Shown here: piece by piece, positions 1 through 12,454 of the stretch
Position numbering within the stretch: position 1 is the first letter of the stretch
Layout of the letters: the number at the start of each line of letters is the position of its first letter
DNA from: Octopus vulgaris
Taxonomy: Eukaryota
Direction of reading: 5' to 3'
DNA: 64,000 nucleotides
Assembly: GCA_951406725.2 (NCBI GenBank)
Contig: OX597814.1
Location: 6,014,001 to 6,078,000 of the forward strand
The notes under the pieces: model-generated
Database searches by the model: none
The model's input: the letters and a program-made list of their open reading frames with translations, nothing else
What the model was told of the DNA's origin: nothing
Made by a program: the position numbers and the translations under genes

Positions 1-153
1 GTTGATTTGCTCGACTAAAGGCAGTGCTCCAGCATGGCCGCAGTCAAATGACTGAAACAAGTAAAAGAGTAAAAGAGAGAGTATATACATAAATAATAAT
101 AATAAGTGGCCAGCAAGCATGATGAAGCAGGCATCAGCCTAGTCCCAGGCAGT

Positions 154-238
154 AAGACTCACTGATGAGAACTAAGAGTAATATCTCAAAGTTTGAAATC
201 AAGTGATATGGTTATATCTGCAAATTCATTTGAGTCTT
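154..238 (+). ncRNA. Degenerate type I hammerhead ribozyme-like motif
   Basis: Stem I AAGACTCA/TGAGTCTT, core CTGATGA, stem II GAACT/AGTTT, GAAA, cleavage triplet ATT; stem III poorly paired. Confidence 0.5.
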
Positions 239-387
239 TTCCCTGCAATGGCTTTTCTACTCATTCCCCGATTTCGTGAGCTTGGTAAACTTTTAGTGAC
301 ATTGCGGCTTATTTGAGTATTTTTCCACTCCTGTTTCTAGAAACGCTGGTACCATCTGGTATCCTTGATTATAAATTTACATACAGA

Positions 388-530
388 TAGGCATTAGGAA
401 GGGCATCCAGCCGTAGAAACACTGCCAGATCAGACTGGGCCTGATGCAGCCTTCTGGCTTCACAGACCCCAGTTGAACCGTCCAACCCATGCTAGCATGG
501 AAAGCGGACGCTAAATGATGATGATGATGA

Positions 531-569
<39 letters not shown>

Positions 570-1335
570 TATGGCACGTAAAAAGCACCTACCAATCATG
601 GCCGTTGCCAGCCTCCCCTGGCACCTGTGCCGGTGGCACGTAAAAAGCACCCACTACACTCACGGAGTGGTTGGCGTTAGGAAGGGCATCCAGCTGTAGA
701 ATCTCTGCCAGATCAGACTGGAGCCTGGTGCAGCCTTCTGGCTTCACAGACCCCAGTTGAACCGTCCAACCCATGCTAGCATGGAAAGCGGATGCTAAAT
801 GATGATGATGATATATGTATGTGGCTCAGCGGTTTAGGTATTCAGCTCATGATTGGAAGTTTATGAGTTCAATACTCAGCAGTGTGTGTTGTATCCTTCA
901 CAAAGACACTTTTATCTCACGTTGCTTCAGTCCATTCAACTTCTTGTTACAGAAACAGCTGTTAGCCAAGAAAAGTGATTACATCACTCCTCTTCTTGTG
1001 CCATTCTTTGGTTTACACACACACACACATGCACACACACATATGCACACACACATCCGACTCGTGGCCGATGCCAGCACCGCCTCGACTGGCTTCCGTG
1101 CCGGTGGCACATAAAATGCACCAATCCGACCGTGGCCGTTGCTAGCCTCCCCTGGCACCAGTGCAGGTGGCACGTAAAAAGCACCCACTACACTCACGGA
1201 GTGGTTGGCGTCAGGAAGGGCATCCAGCCGTAGAAACATTGCCAGATAAGACTGGAGCCTGGTGCAGCCTTCTGGCTTCCCAGATCCCCGGTCGAACCGT
1301 CCAACCCATGCTAGCATGGAAAACGGATGTTAAAC

Positions 1336-1403
<68 letters not shown>
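388..1403 (+). mobile_element. Three RTE 3'-UTR fragments with (GAT)n tails plus a SINE head
   Basis: GGAAGGGCATCCAGC...CCAACCCATGCTAGCATGGAAA..(GAT)n at about 388-535, 572-810 and 1055-1403; same sequence as the LINE 3' end near 61400-61677. Confidence 0.85.
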
Positions 1404-3187
1404 CATATGCAGACATGTGCGTGTATGCGTATGTTAAACTTTTCCAAGGAAGAGGTCAACAGTGACTTCAAAAACTTGGCTTGCTTGTCTTCATCAGACT
1501 GTGCTTTATTTGGGTTCTGTTTTTTTTTTTTTCTGGCATTATATAGTCTTTGGCTCTACATTCTGAGTTCAAATTCTGCCGAGGTTGGCTTTGCCTTTCA
1601 TCCTTTCAGGGTCGACAAATTAAGTACCGGTTGTGTACTGGGATTGATCTAATCTTTTGGCACCCTCCCCAAAAATTTTGGGCCTTGTGTCAAGAGTAGA
1701 AAAGAATATTTTTAAAAAGGTGGCGAGCTGGCAGAAATGTTAGCATGCTGGGTGAGATGCTTAGTGGTATTTCATTTGTTTGTGTGGCACAGTGCAAAGT
1801 CCTGTTGCCAGACAAAGGGTCTACCAGCTGTCAGCCCATTGCCCAAAGGCAGCACTACCTCCTCCAGGCACTTGATGTAGGTCTCCGTGTTGATTCTGAG
1901 ATTGGTCCTCATCGCTCCATCCCATGTCTTCTTGGGTCTCCCTCTTCCGCAGGTACCCTCCACGTTCAATGATCAGCACTTCTTTATACAACTGTCCTCA
2001 TTCATATGCATCACGCGTCCAAACCAGCAATAGAGAATGTGTGGCAGAAAAGGAATCTGGTGATGAGCCAGGGTTTCAGAGGGGGAGGGAGAGAGAGAGA
2101 GGAGTGGGCAAAGTGATCAGAGGACAGGTGGAAGGGGTGAGAAATGGGTGAGATGGTGCTTGGAGTGAAGAAGAAAGAGATTAAGAGTAAGGAGATAGTA
2201 ATGGCAGGGTTTCAGGAATTGCTGAGGGGAGGGGTGGAGGTCAGGCAGAAAAGAATGATTGGTGGTAAGATTGTGACAGGTTTCGATAATGAGTGATTTG
2301 GGGGAGAGGAAGTAATGACCGGCAGAACAGAATGGTAAGAGAGTGAAGAATAAGGAAGGAAGGAAGGAAGGAGAGGGGTATAAAGCAGTAAGTGTTTATT
2401 GATTGGAAAGAGAAGGGTGTGAGATGGAGGGGATTCTGTGAGATATGAGGCAGCTTGTACTATTCAAGCATTGTGATGAGATACAAAGACAACCACATGT
2501 TTGCTTGTAATAATTCATTTACATACAGTACAAATGTGTGTGTGTGTGTGTGTGTGTGTTAGGAAGGGCATCTGGCCATAAATACCATGCTAAAGCAAAC
2601 AGTGAAGCCTGGTGCAGTTCCCTAGCTTATCTGGTCCTATCAAACCTATTTCTTTACTACCCACAAGGGGCTAAACATAGAGAGAACAAACTAGGACAGA
2701 CAAACGGATTAAGTCGATAACATCGACCCCAGTGCGTAACTGGTACTTATTTAATCGACCCCGAAAGGATGAAAGGCAAAGTCAACCTTTCATTTGCCCC
2801 AACAGGTCTTCGCAAGCAGAGAAGGGGGGTTGGCATGGATGCCTGTCGTCGGATGAGGTTCGATTTCGACTTCGCTTGCCTACCCTGTGCAATCTGTCCT
2901 TCCTGAGCCCAAATGGCAAGTTGATGTCATCGATGATGAAGAGGATGGCAATGATGATGATGTGGATGATGAGGAGGGAGAGGAGGAGAGAAAACAATGG
3001 GAGGCTCATAATGATAATGATGATGATGTTATGTAACCAGGGTAATATGGACCTGGGATGTCCAACAAGCTCATATCCAAACTTGAGCCATATGTTGCCA
3101 AAACCTAACCTAAACTCCGCCAAATTTTATGAAGATTTAATTTTGTTTTGTATTTTGATTGTATTTTTTTGTTCCCTTTCAACGCAG

Positions 3188-3363
3188 ATGCCATAGTCCT
3201 GTTGGATTCAAAGACAAAAGCCAAGGCGTATCTCTTGGATTTGGTTGTCGAGACATGGGCACAGTTGTACATGAAACATTGCACAATTTGGGATTCTACC
3301 ATGAACAGAGTCGGCCGGATAGAGACTTGTACATCAAATTAAACATGACAAATGTCCAGAAAG
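3188..3363 (+). CDS. Astacin-MAM metalloprotease gene 1, zinc-binding exon
   Basis: Acceptor ttcaacgcag| and donor |gtgag; encodes CHSPVGFKDKSQGVSLGFGCRDMGTVVHETLHNLGFYHEQSRPDRD, the astacin HExxHxxGxxHE motif; 176 nt, same as the paralog exon. Confidence 0.95.
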
Positions 3364-3674
3364 GTGAGATGCTTGTCTCTTATCACCTGCTTATCTACAA
3401 TTATAAAATCCCTGAATTGAGATTCCTACATCATTATGAATTGATGGATACACTTTCACCAGACAGCATGATTACAGAACAGTTTAGTAAAAGGATGTTT
3501 GGTATTGTTTTCTGACCCTGGAAGGTGTGGTTGTGCAGGTGAGAAGGTTCTGTCCCACTGTGGAGCTCCTTGGCCAAGTGTCTTCTGCTATAAGCCTTAG
3601 GTTCTACAAAGCCTTGTGAGTAAATTTTGGTAAATGGAAGCTGAAAGAAACCTATTGTATATGTGTGTAAGTGT

Positions 3675-3985
3675 CATCAAAATCATTATTTAACATCCAT
3701 TCTCCATGCTAGCATGGGTTGGACGGTTCGACTGAGGTCTGGGAAGCCAGGAGGCTGCACCAGGCTCCAGTCTGATCTGGCAGTGTTTCTACAGCTGGAT
3801 GCCCTTCCTAACGCCAACCACTCCGAGAGGTGTAGTGGGTGCTTTTTACATGCCACCGGCACAGGGGCCAGTCAAGGTGGCGCTGACCACGACCACAATC
3901 AGTTGGTGCTTTTTAGGTGCCACCAGCATGGAAGCCAGTCAAGGTGGTGCTTTGTATGTGCTACTGTCACAGGTATCACAACTAC
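3675..3985 (-). mobile_element. RTE 3'-UTR fragment
   Basis: Reverse complement of the same 3' UTR; other copies near 7762-7945, 11813-12205, 13536-13840, 45880-46300, 55660-55985 and 59466-59860. Confidence 0.85.
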
Positions 3986-4439
3986 ATATATACACAAACA
4001 CACATACACACACACACATATATATGTTTACGGAAGTAGTTAGGTTTACATTTAGTTGAATGCAATAAATGAGAGATGACTTTCCCCATGGAGAGGATGT
4101 CAGTCACTCACAGGTGATATTCATCTGCTGTTTCTCAGAGTCAATTGAAGTGAACAATATATTAATAAAACAAACTGCCTGCTGCAGACTTGAACTGACA
4201 CCTCTTAGGTTAGTAAAGCAACACATTGCTGGCAAAGTCAGGTCTTCTCTGCTCGTGAAACCATGGGGTCAATTTGTTTGAAGAATTATTTTTTATCTCC
4301 ATTTCTACTATTTTGAATGTTTCCTTAAAACACCACCCCTCCTCCTCTCCGTCGCATTCTTTTATAATCCAATTCCCCCTCCCCTCAAATCTCTACTCCC
4401 TATGTTTAAATTTTGGTTTGTTTTTTTTTTTTCTTTCAG

Positions 4440-4685
4440 GTCATGAAAGAAATTTCTTGAAAATGTATCCACCCTTAATTGACACTCAGAACCTGCCATA
4501 CGACTACCATTCCATCATGCATTACGGGCCTCACGCTTTCGCAATCGACCGAGCCATTCCAACAATTATTCCTCTGCAAAAAAATGCAGTTATTGGTCAA
4601 CGTAGTGGCATGAGTCAGTTGGACATCATCCAGCTTCAAAGACTCTATAAATGTCCAGAACGGGACTACGTCCATATCCAAGATG
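4440..4685 (+). CDS. Gene 1, Met-turn exon
   Basis: Acceptor ttctttcag| and donor |gtaaa; encodes LPYDYHSIMHY...IGQRSGMSQLDIIQLQRLYKC; phase continues from the previous exon; 246 nt. Confidence 0.95.
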
Positions 4686-4822
4686 GTAAAAACCTTCAAT
4701 TATATGCCATGTGTTTTATTCGTAATAACCAACAGGGTTTTCTTTGTAATAGCTTGCAGTGTTTTATGTGTAGTAAACCTGTGATGCTTTCTTGATAATA
4801 ATCTGTTGTGTATTATATGGAA

Positions 4823-5218
4823 CTAGCAGTATCGCCCGGCGTTGCTCGGGTTTGTAAGGGAAATAACTATAAAGCATTTTTAGAGAGTTATAGCCAAAAA
4901 ATAGCAAAAAAATGCATTAAAAATGGGAAAAAAATGATGGTAAATTTATTTTAAAATCGTTGACTCATCGTAGACATTTTTAGAGAGTTACTTCCCTTAT
5001 ATAATAGCGAAAAAATGCATTAAAATGGAAAAAAATGATGGTAATTTTTTTTTAAATCGTAGATTCGTTGTAGACACGTGCTAATACCCAGAAGGGCTCG
5101 ATATGTATCACGACTATAAGATACTCACTTTTGGTTACACTGCACCACAAAATGTGGGAGTAGTTATGAATCTAAATCGTAGGAGACAGACACACAACTT
5201 GACTTTTATATATAAAGA
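4823..5218 (-). mobile_element. Non-autonomous Helitron, copy 1
   Basis: On minus: A|TC start, subterminal hairpin CCCGAGCAACGCCGGG, CTAG|T end, no TSD; three copies in the window. Confidence 0.85.
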
Positions 5219-5697
5219 TAACCTACAGCATTTTCATTTGTAATGATTCAGAGTTTTAATTAGGAAAAATCTGCAGGGTTTTATTTGTTACAACCTGCAG
5301 CACTTTCTTCGTGATAACCTACAATATTTTGTTTTTGTAATAACTTACTTTGTATCATTGTAATAACTGGCAGTGTTTTATCCCTCTGTAGCTAAGAACC
5401 CATCATCATCATCATCATCACCACCACCACCACCACCACCACCACCACCATCATCACCATCATCCTCATCACCATCATCACCATCATCACCATCACCACC
5501 ACCACCCATCACCATCACCACCATCACCATCATCCTCATCACCATCATCACCATCATCCTCATTTCCACCTCCACCACCACCACCACCACCATCACCATC
5601 ATCACCATCATCACCATCACCACCATCACCATAATTGTCATCATCGTTGTCATCATTCTAATTAGTATAATCAAGAATATTCTTGTGTATTTTCTAG

Positions 5698-5862
5698 CCC
5701 ACATAGTGAGTCCCAACTGTACGTTTGACGGAGGATTCTGTGGCTGGCAAAATGTCTCCATGGATCCTTCAATAAAGAATAACACATGGCTCCGTCAAAA
5801 TGCCGACACTCTAAGTTTACGCACAGGGCCATTGATGGATCATACAATTGGTGCTGTTGATG
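5698..5862 (+). CDS. Gene 1, MAM domain exon 1
   Basis: Acceptor ttttctag| and donor |gtaag; encodes SPNCTFDGGFCGWQN...W...TGPLMDHT (MAM start); 165 nt. Confidence 0.93.
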
Positions 5863-6896
5863 GTAAGCTATACTTTTTGTTTTCTATCTTGAAGGGTGGG
5901 GAGCTGGCAGAAATGTTAGCACACCGGGTGAAATGCTTAGCTGTTTCATCAGCCGCTATGTTCTGAGTTTAAATTCTGCCAAAGTTGACTTTGCCTTTCA
6001 TCCTTTCAGGGTTGATTAAATAAGTACCAGTGGCGCACTGGAGTTGATGTAATTGACTTAATCCATTTGTCTGTCCTTTTTCGTCCCCTCTGTATTTAAC
6101 CCCTTGTGGGTAGTAAAGAAATAGGTATTTTGCAACAGGCAAAATACCTGAGTTCAAATTCCGCTGAGGCCGATGTTCTCTTTCATCCTTTTGGGGTTGA
6201 TAAATTAAGTACCAGTTGTGTACTGGGGGTCGATCTAAATGACATAGTAAAACAGGTGATGGAGTCTCAGCCAGGACTCAGACTCAAGCATTTACCTCTT
6301 TAGTATTTCTCCCATTTATAGGTTTTCTTTGTCATTTCTAACTGGCAGAATCAGTAAAGTATCAGAAAAATACCTTGTGGTATTTATGTCCCTATACATT
6401 CTGAGTTGAAATCCCACCCAGGTTGACTTTACATGTTTTCCTTCTTAGCTTGACAATATCAATATGAGTCAAACTAATGGAGTAGAAACCTTTTGAGCTG
6501 CTGCTACAGTATGGCCACACTCCAGTGACTGAAATGAGCAAAAAATAACGAACTCACTGTATGTGAAAGTCCTGTAAAATGGTAAGAGTGCGTTTGGTTC
6601 CTGGTTTTTGCCATTTTATTTCTCTTCATTTTTATTTTAATCTCTTTTCGCCTCCACCCCCAACATTGCCATCCCTCTTTAAAATATGAGTAACCATGGA
6701 GATCGTCTATGACAACAAATCTATTCTGACCCTTTCTAGCATATTTTAAACAGTCATCCCTTAACATAAAGCTGCCCCTCTCTCAGTTGAAACGGATCCC
6801 AATCTTCCAAGCTATGTGGCAACTTCCTTAACGCTGGTGCCACATAGAAAGCAACCAGCATGATCCGTTAAGTGGTCGGTGTTAAGAAGGGTATAA

Positions 6897-6897
<1 letters not shown>

Positions 6898-6929
<32 letters not shown>

Positions 6930-7310
6930 TAATAATAATAATAATGAAATTATTGTATACAGTGCTCAGGTGCACCACAACTTGTCAGAAAGTGCATATA
7001 AAGCATATGCAGTAATGTACAAATGTCTGGAAAGCGAACAATGTATGAGTCAGATACATGCTTGTGTGTGTATGGAGGGGAGAAAATCAGGTGTAGTGTT
7101 GGCGAATCTCAGGAAGCATGGAAGTTTTGAAGGATGCAGTGCTCCGACAATTAACAACTGGTGCCAGCAGTTTGTTCCACGCTTCAGCAACTTTTAGCGT
7201 GAAAAAATGCTTCTGAAAGTCATGGAAGGAGCTGTGCTGTTTTCTGACTTTGTAAATATGTCCACGGGTGTTAGACAGGTGGAGTTTGAAAAGGTGTCCC
7301 CGGGTTAGAG
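6898..7310 (-). mobile_element. CR1-like LINE 3' end with (ATT)n tail
   Basis: HFFTLKVAEAWNKL..VVNC..ASFK resembles the CR1 ORF2 C-terminus; a second copy at 8937-9160 is nested in a SINE. Confidence 0.7.
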
Positions 7311-8554
7311 AGGTGTCCCCGGGTCAGAATCTGCTTTGGTATGGTTTCAAAAACATACCAAAGTTTGAAACCATACCAAAGCAGATTCTGAAGCACTGTG
7401 CAGTCCAAAGACCCAGCGGATCCTGTGAAACCATCCAAGTCACGCCAGCAAGGAACACGGCCATTAAAGGATAATGAAAGACAATATCTTGTATTATAAT
7501 CTTGAATAAATAGAAACTAAGAGGGAAGGGAAGTAACTCCTACAGACGTCATTGAACTTCGTAACTAAGCTTTTCTGTTATAGGCACAAGGCCCCAAATT
7601 TTGTGGAAGGGGTTAAGTCGCTTATATTGACCCCAGTATGCAACTGGTACTTATTTTATGGACCCCCCACCCATGTCGACCTCGACGGAATTTGAACCCA
7701 GAATGTAAAGACGGACGAAATGCCTCCAAACATTTCGCTCAGCATGCCACCTTAGGGTTGTCATCATCATCATCATCGTTTAAAGTCCGTTTTCCATGCT
7801 GGCATGGGTTGGATGGTTTGATTGAGGACTGGTGAGCCAGAGGCTGTACCAGGCTCCAGTCTTGATCCGGCAGTGTTTCTACAGCTGGATGCCCTTCCTA
7901 ATGCCAACCACTCGAAGAGTGTAGTGGGTGCTTTTCATGTGCCACTGGTACTTATTTAATCGACCCCGAAAGAATAAAAGGCAAAGTCGACCTCGGTGGA
8001 ATTTGAACTCAGAGCGTAAAGACAGACGAAATACCACTAAGCATTTCATCCGCCATGCTAACGTTTCTGCCAGATAAACATTGAAGCACAACAGTTGTTG
8101 TGAGATAAAAGTAGACTCACTACTGACCCTATAACCTTGAGTTCAATCCTCACTACTTCATGTGTAATTTTATGATGGATGATATTTAAGATTCCTCATG
8201 TTTTTTGTTGTCTTTTTTTGTTGTGATTCTATCTTAACATTGGTTCTTATTTTAACATAACTTCTCTTGTTTCACTAATTTTTACACCTGACTCTAAGAC
8301 GCATGCCATTGGATCCATAATGTTATGGCATAGGAATCAATACCTTATTTCCATTTAATCCACCATCCTGTCTTCTGGTCAATACCCTGGTCCCCACAGA
8401 TTTAAGGACTTAATGTTAATTTATGTATGCTATCATTTAAAACACTTTAGTCCCTAGGGCCCAACAGAAAGGACAATAATGATGTTAAGATGGCCCTGCT
8501 ATTTCTGTCTATTTTTAATTCACCCCCTGCCCTATCAATGTTCTTTATTTTCAG

Positions 8555-8802
8555 GTTATTACCTTTTTACGGAAGCTTCATCAAATTACCAATCTGTTGC
8601 AAAAATCCGTACACCGAAAGTGACGCCTGGAAAACACTGTCTTCAGTTTTGGTATCACATGTATGGAAAAGATATGGGGACTCTAAAAGTAAATATAGTT
8701 ACTGATGGTCAGAAAACTGTAAATATTGTTGAAATAAGTGGAAACAAAGGCAACGTGTGGCTGCAGAGTAAAACTGCTTTTACTGCCACAGAGAATACAC
8801 AG
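8555..8802 (+). CDS. Gene 1, MAM domain exon 2
   Basis: Acceptor ttttcag| and donor |gtaagt; encodes GYYLFTEAS...HCLQFWYHMYGKDMGTLKV...GNKGNVW. Confidence 0.93.
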
Positions 8803-8936
8803 GTAAGTGTCGTCTCCTTGTCTGTCGCTATTGATACCAGATCGATATTTCTCTTGCACATTTATTGATTTTTAGCTTCAATTAAGTGATGACATGTGGA
8901 CTAGTGGTTAGGGCGTTGCACTCGCAATCCCTAGAT

Positions 8937-8987
<51 letters not shown>

Positions 8988-9160
8988 TGTGTACAGTGCT
9001 CAGGTGCACTACAACTCATCTAAAGTGTATATATAATCAGGTGTAGTTTCGGCAGATTTCGGAAAGCATGAGGGCCTTAAAGGATGCAGTGTCATGGCAG
9101 TCAACAACTGACGCAGGCAGTTTATTCCATGCTTCAGCAACCCTGAGTGTGAAAAAATGT
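8937..9160 (-). mobile_element. CR1-like LINE 3' end with (ATT)n tail
   Basis: HFFTLRVAEAWNKLPASVVDC..ASFK. Confidence 0.7.
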
Positions 9161-10024
9161 TTCAATTCCTGGATTGGTAGAGCATTGTGTTCTTGAGCAA
9201 AACACTTCACTTCATGTTGCCCCAGTCCATGTTGCCCCTGTAAATGAGTAACAGCCCTGTGATGGACTGGCATCCCATTCGAAGGGAGATTGTGATCTTG
9301 GTCACTTTGCAGGCCATAGAAATTGGGTAACTGCGAATCCTAGGATTTGGGACAGTAATGTAACTCTTTTTTTCAATTCCTATCGAAATAAAACTTCAGG
9401 GTGTCAAGTCCTGTTTGAGTTATCCCCCTTTGACTAACTTTAACTTTTGAAACACTGTTGGATGTTTACATCACTTTGATACAATCAGGATCAGCTGTTG
9501 TACAATTGGTTTCGAATTTCGGCACAAGGCCAGCAATTTCGGGAAAGGGATAAGCCGAGTATAAACTGGTATTTATTTTATCGACCTTGAAAGAATGAAA
9601 GGTAAATTCTCCCTCGGTGGAATTTGAACTCAGCCGGTCAAAACAGACGAAATGCTGTCAGCTTGCTGCCTGACTCAGTAATGAAATATTAACCATAAGA
9701 AATATTAAATCATCTGTGATCTCTAACGGAATACTTCTCTCACGTCTTGGATGCTGCTGCTACCGTTGCTGCTGCTACCGTTGCTGCTGCTGCTGCTACA
9801 CACAAAAATACCTTAAGTTCAAAGAAAGCCATCTGGTTGGTTGGTACCTGATTATTCACCAACAGAGAAGGAAGACCTGACTGGAAGTGATTAAGATGTC
9901 CATGGAGGTTTATGGAGATTTCTCAGTATATCATTAGATGACTTGATTGTTCTAATTATACTCAACTTTTATATGGATCACTCTCTTATGTTATATAGAA
10001 GTATATAGTGTGGTATATATTGAA

Positions 10025-10423
10025 CTAGCAGTATCGCCCGGCGTTGCTCGGGTTTGTAAGGGAAATAACTATATAAGCATTTTTAGAGATGTAAAGTATA
10101 ATAGCCATGTCAATATGGCTAACCACAAAGGGGGGGGTTACTGTAGCTTTTTACGCTCTGAGATTTAATAATAAATTTTTAGAGAGTTACTTCCCTTATA
10201 TATGCCAAAAATGCATTAAAAATGGGAAAAATTGATGGTAAATTTTTTTTAAATCGTAGACTCATCGTAGAAGTGCGCTAATACCCAGAAGGGCTCGATA
10301 TGAATCACGACTATAAGATACCCGCTTTTGGTTAAACTGCACCGCAAAATGTGGGAGTAGTTAGGAATCTAAATCGTAGGAGACAGACACACACACACAC
10401 AACTTCAGTTTTATATATAAAGA
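10025..10423 (-). mobile_element. Non-autonomous Helitron, copy 2
   Basis: Same TC...hairpin...CTAG termini as copy 1, with a different internal module. Confidence 0.85.
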
Positions 10424-10560
10424 TATAATCAAAATAAGCAACAAGGATATCCAAAGGTAGTGTAGTTGTTGCTTATTTTGATTATAATCACCATACTATA
10501 CCAAATTCTGGTGCCTTTGACTTAAGTACCATATTCATCTGAATCTAAATTTTTACTGAA

Positions 10561-10638
<78 letters not shown>

Positions 10639-10872
10639 TGTATGTATGTGTGTATGTATGTATGTATGTATTTGTGAACCATGGTGTTTTTTTTTATATA
10701 TGATTAAATGCTTGAGGGGTGGTGTTGTATGTAAATTCGTTGATCCAAATTTAATGTTTGTTCTGTAACCAATGTTTCTTCATCTTCGTCTCATTTATAT
10801 TTGAGCACTTCTTTTGCAAGTCCTATAAACCCCTTTTGTTTTTACTAGAAGGGACAAATATTATTTCTTGTT

Positions 10873-10909
<37 letters not shown>

Positions 10910-10964
10910 TATATATACACTTCTACATATCTCTCTCTATATTTCAATTAATATTTCTTTGCAG

Positions 10965-11048
10965 GTGGAATTTGAAAGCATAACTGGGGAACAATACAGA
11001 AGTGATATGGCCATTGATGATGTCATAGTGCAAGACGGAACCTGTTGA
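10965..11048 (+). CDS. Gene 1, terminal coding exon (MAM end and stop)
   Basis: Acceptor ttctttgcag|; encodes VEFESITGEQYRSDMAIDDVIVQDGTC* (MAM DxAIDDV..G.C ending). Confidence 0.92.
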   Translation: MEFESITGEQYRSDMAIDDVIVQDGTC

Positions 11049-11101
11049 TTGTGTACCTACTTGTTGGTTATTACATAATATATATATATATATGCACGCA
11101 C

Positions 11102-11154
<53 letters not shown>

Positions 11155-11427
11155 TGTGTATGCATGTGTGTGTATATATATATATATACATGTATGTATG
11201 TATGTATGTATGTATGTATGTATGTATGTATGTACATGTTTGTATTTATATATATGTATATGTTTGTATTTATATATATGTATATGTCTGTGTTTATGTA
11301 TGTATGCATATATGTATGTATTTATATATATATATGTGTGTGCATGTATGTGTGTATGCATATATGTATGTATACTTTTGTGAATATTTAAGGAAGTTAT
11401 ATTCCTCATGCTAATTAACTGCCTTAT

Positions 11428-11433
11428 AATAAA
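11428..11433 (+). promoter_or_regulatory. Probable polyadenylation signal of gene 1
   Basis: AATAAA followed by a T/GT-rich downstream tract at about 11447-11485. Confidence 0.55.
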
Positions 11434-12454
11434 CATATCTCACTAATTTTTTTGTTTGTCTTTTGTGGTCTTGTTTGGTTTTTGTGACCCTAAAAGCGTA
11501 AGAGATCAGAAAAGCCTGCTAGAATGGCCCTTCCACAATGATGGGAACATAGTTTAGTTAAGCAATTTGGGTCAAGTTGGAAAAGAATGGTGCAATCAAG
11601 AAGTGCATTGTGACCAGTGTTGTATAACAGCATTTTGTGGTCTGGTCGGCACTGTGATATTGTGAAAACAATATTAGGGTCTTATTTATTGGTTGTGAAA
11701 ACCTGTATGGTCTAATTCTTTGGATTTGACTTTAAACTAAATTCATGGAAAATCAGAAAAAAAACAACAAAAGAAAAGAATTGTCCAATTAATCAATTGT
11801 GATTCCTTTATTTCATCATCATCATCATTATTGTTTAACATCCGTTTTCTGTGGTAGCATGGGTTGGACGGTTCAACTGGGGTCTGGGAAGCCAGGAGGC
11901 TGCACCAGGCTCCAGTCTGATCTGGCAGTGTTTCTACAGCTGGATGCCCTTCCTAACGCCAACCACTCCAAGAGTGTAGTGGGTGCATTTTTACGTGCCA
12001 CCGGCACAGGTGCCAGGGGAGGCTGGCAACGGCCACAATCAGTTGGTTCTATTTATGTGCCACCGGCACGGAAGCCAGTCAAGGTGGTGCTGGCATCAAC
12101 CATGTACGGATGGTGTTTTTTTACATGCCACTGGCACAGGGGCCAGGAGAGGCTGGCAACGGCCACGATTGGTTGGTGGTTTTTATGTGCCACTGACACG
12201 GAGGCAATAAATTGATGATGAAGTACAGTGTTACACTTTCTCCCTTCTTTTGGTGTCAGAAGCCATCAGTTTACTATGGGGATGTGGGCATATGCATGCA
12301 AACTCTTTGACCCCCAACAGACCATGAGATGAGTACATCTTGTATCTACTGAACACGGGAGTGAGTTTATGTGCTCCAGAGATACTGGTCAAGCTGATGG
12401 CTGCCACATCTATGTCCAGTGACCTGATGCCATTGAACCAGTGACCTTGCTTCC

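Noticed and set aside
377-1471. Recurring short ORFs such as MGWTVQLGS...LDALPNANHS
   Set aside because: Antisense translations of the multi-copy LINE 3' UTR, not a peptide family
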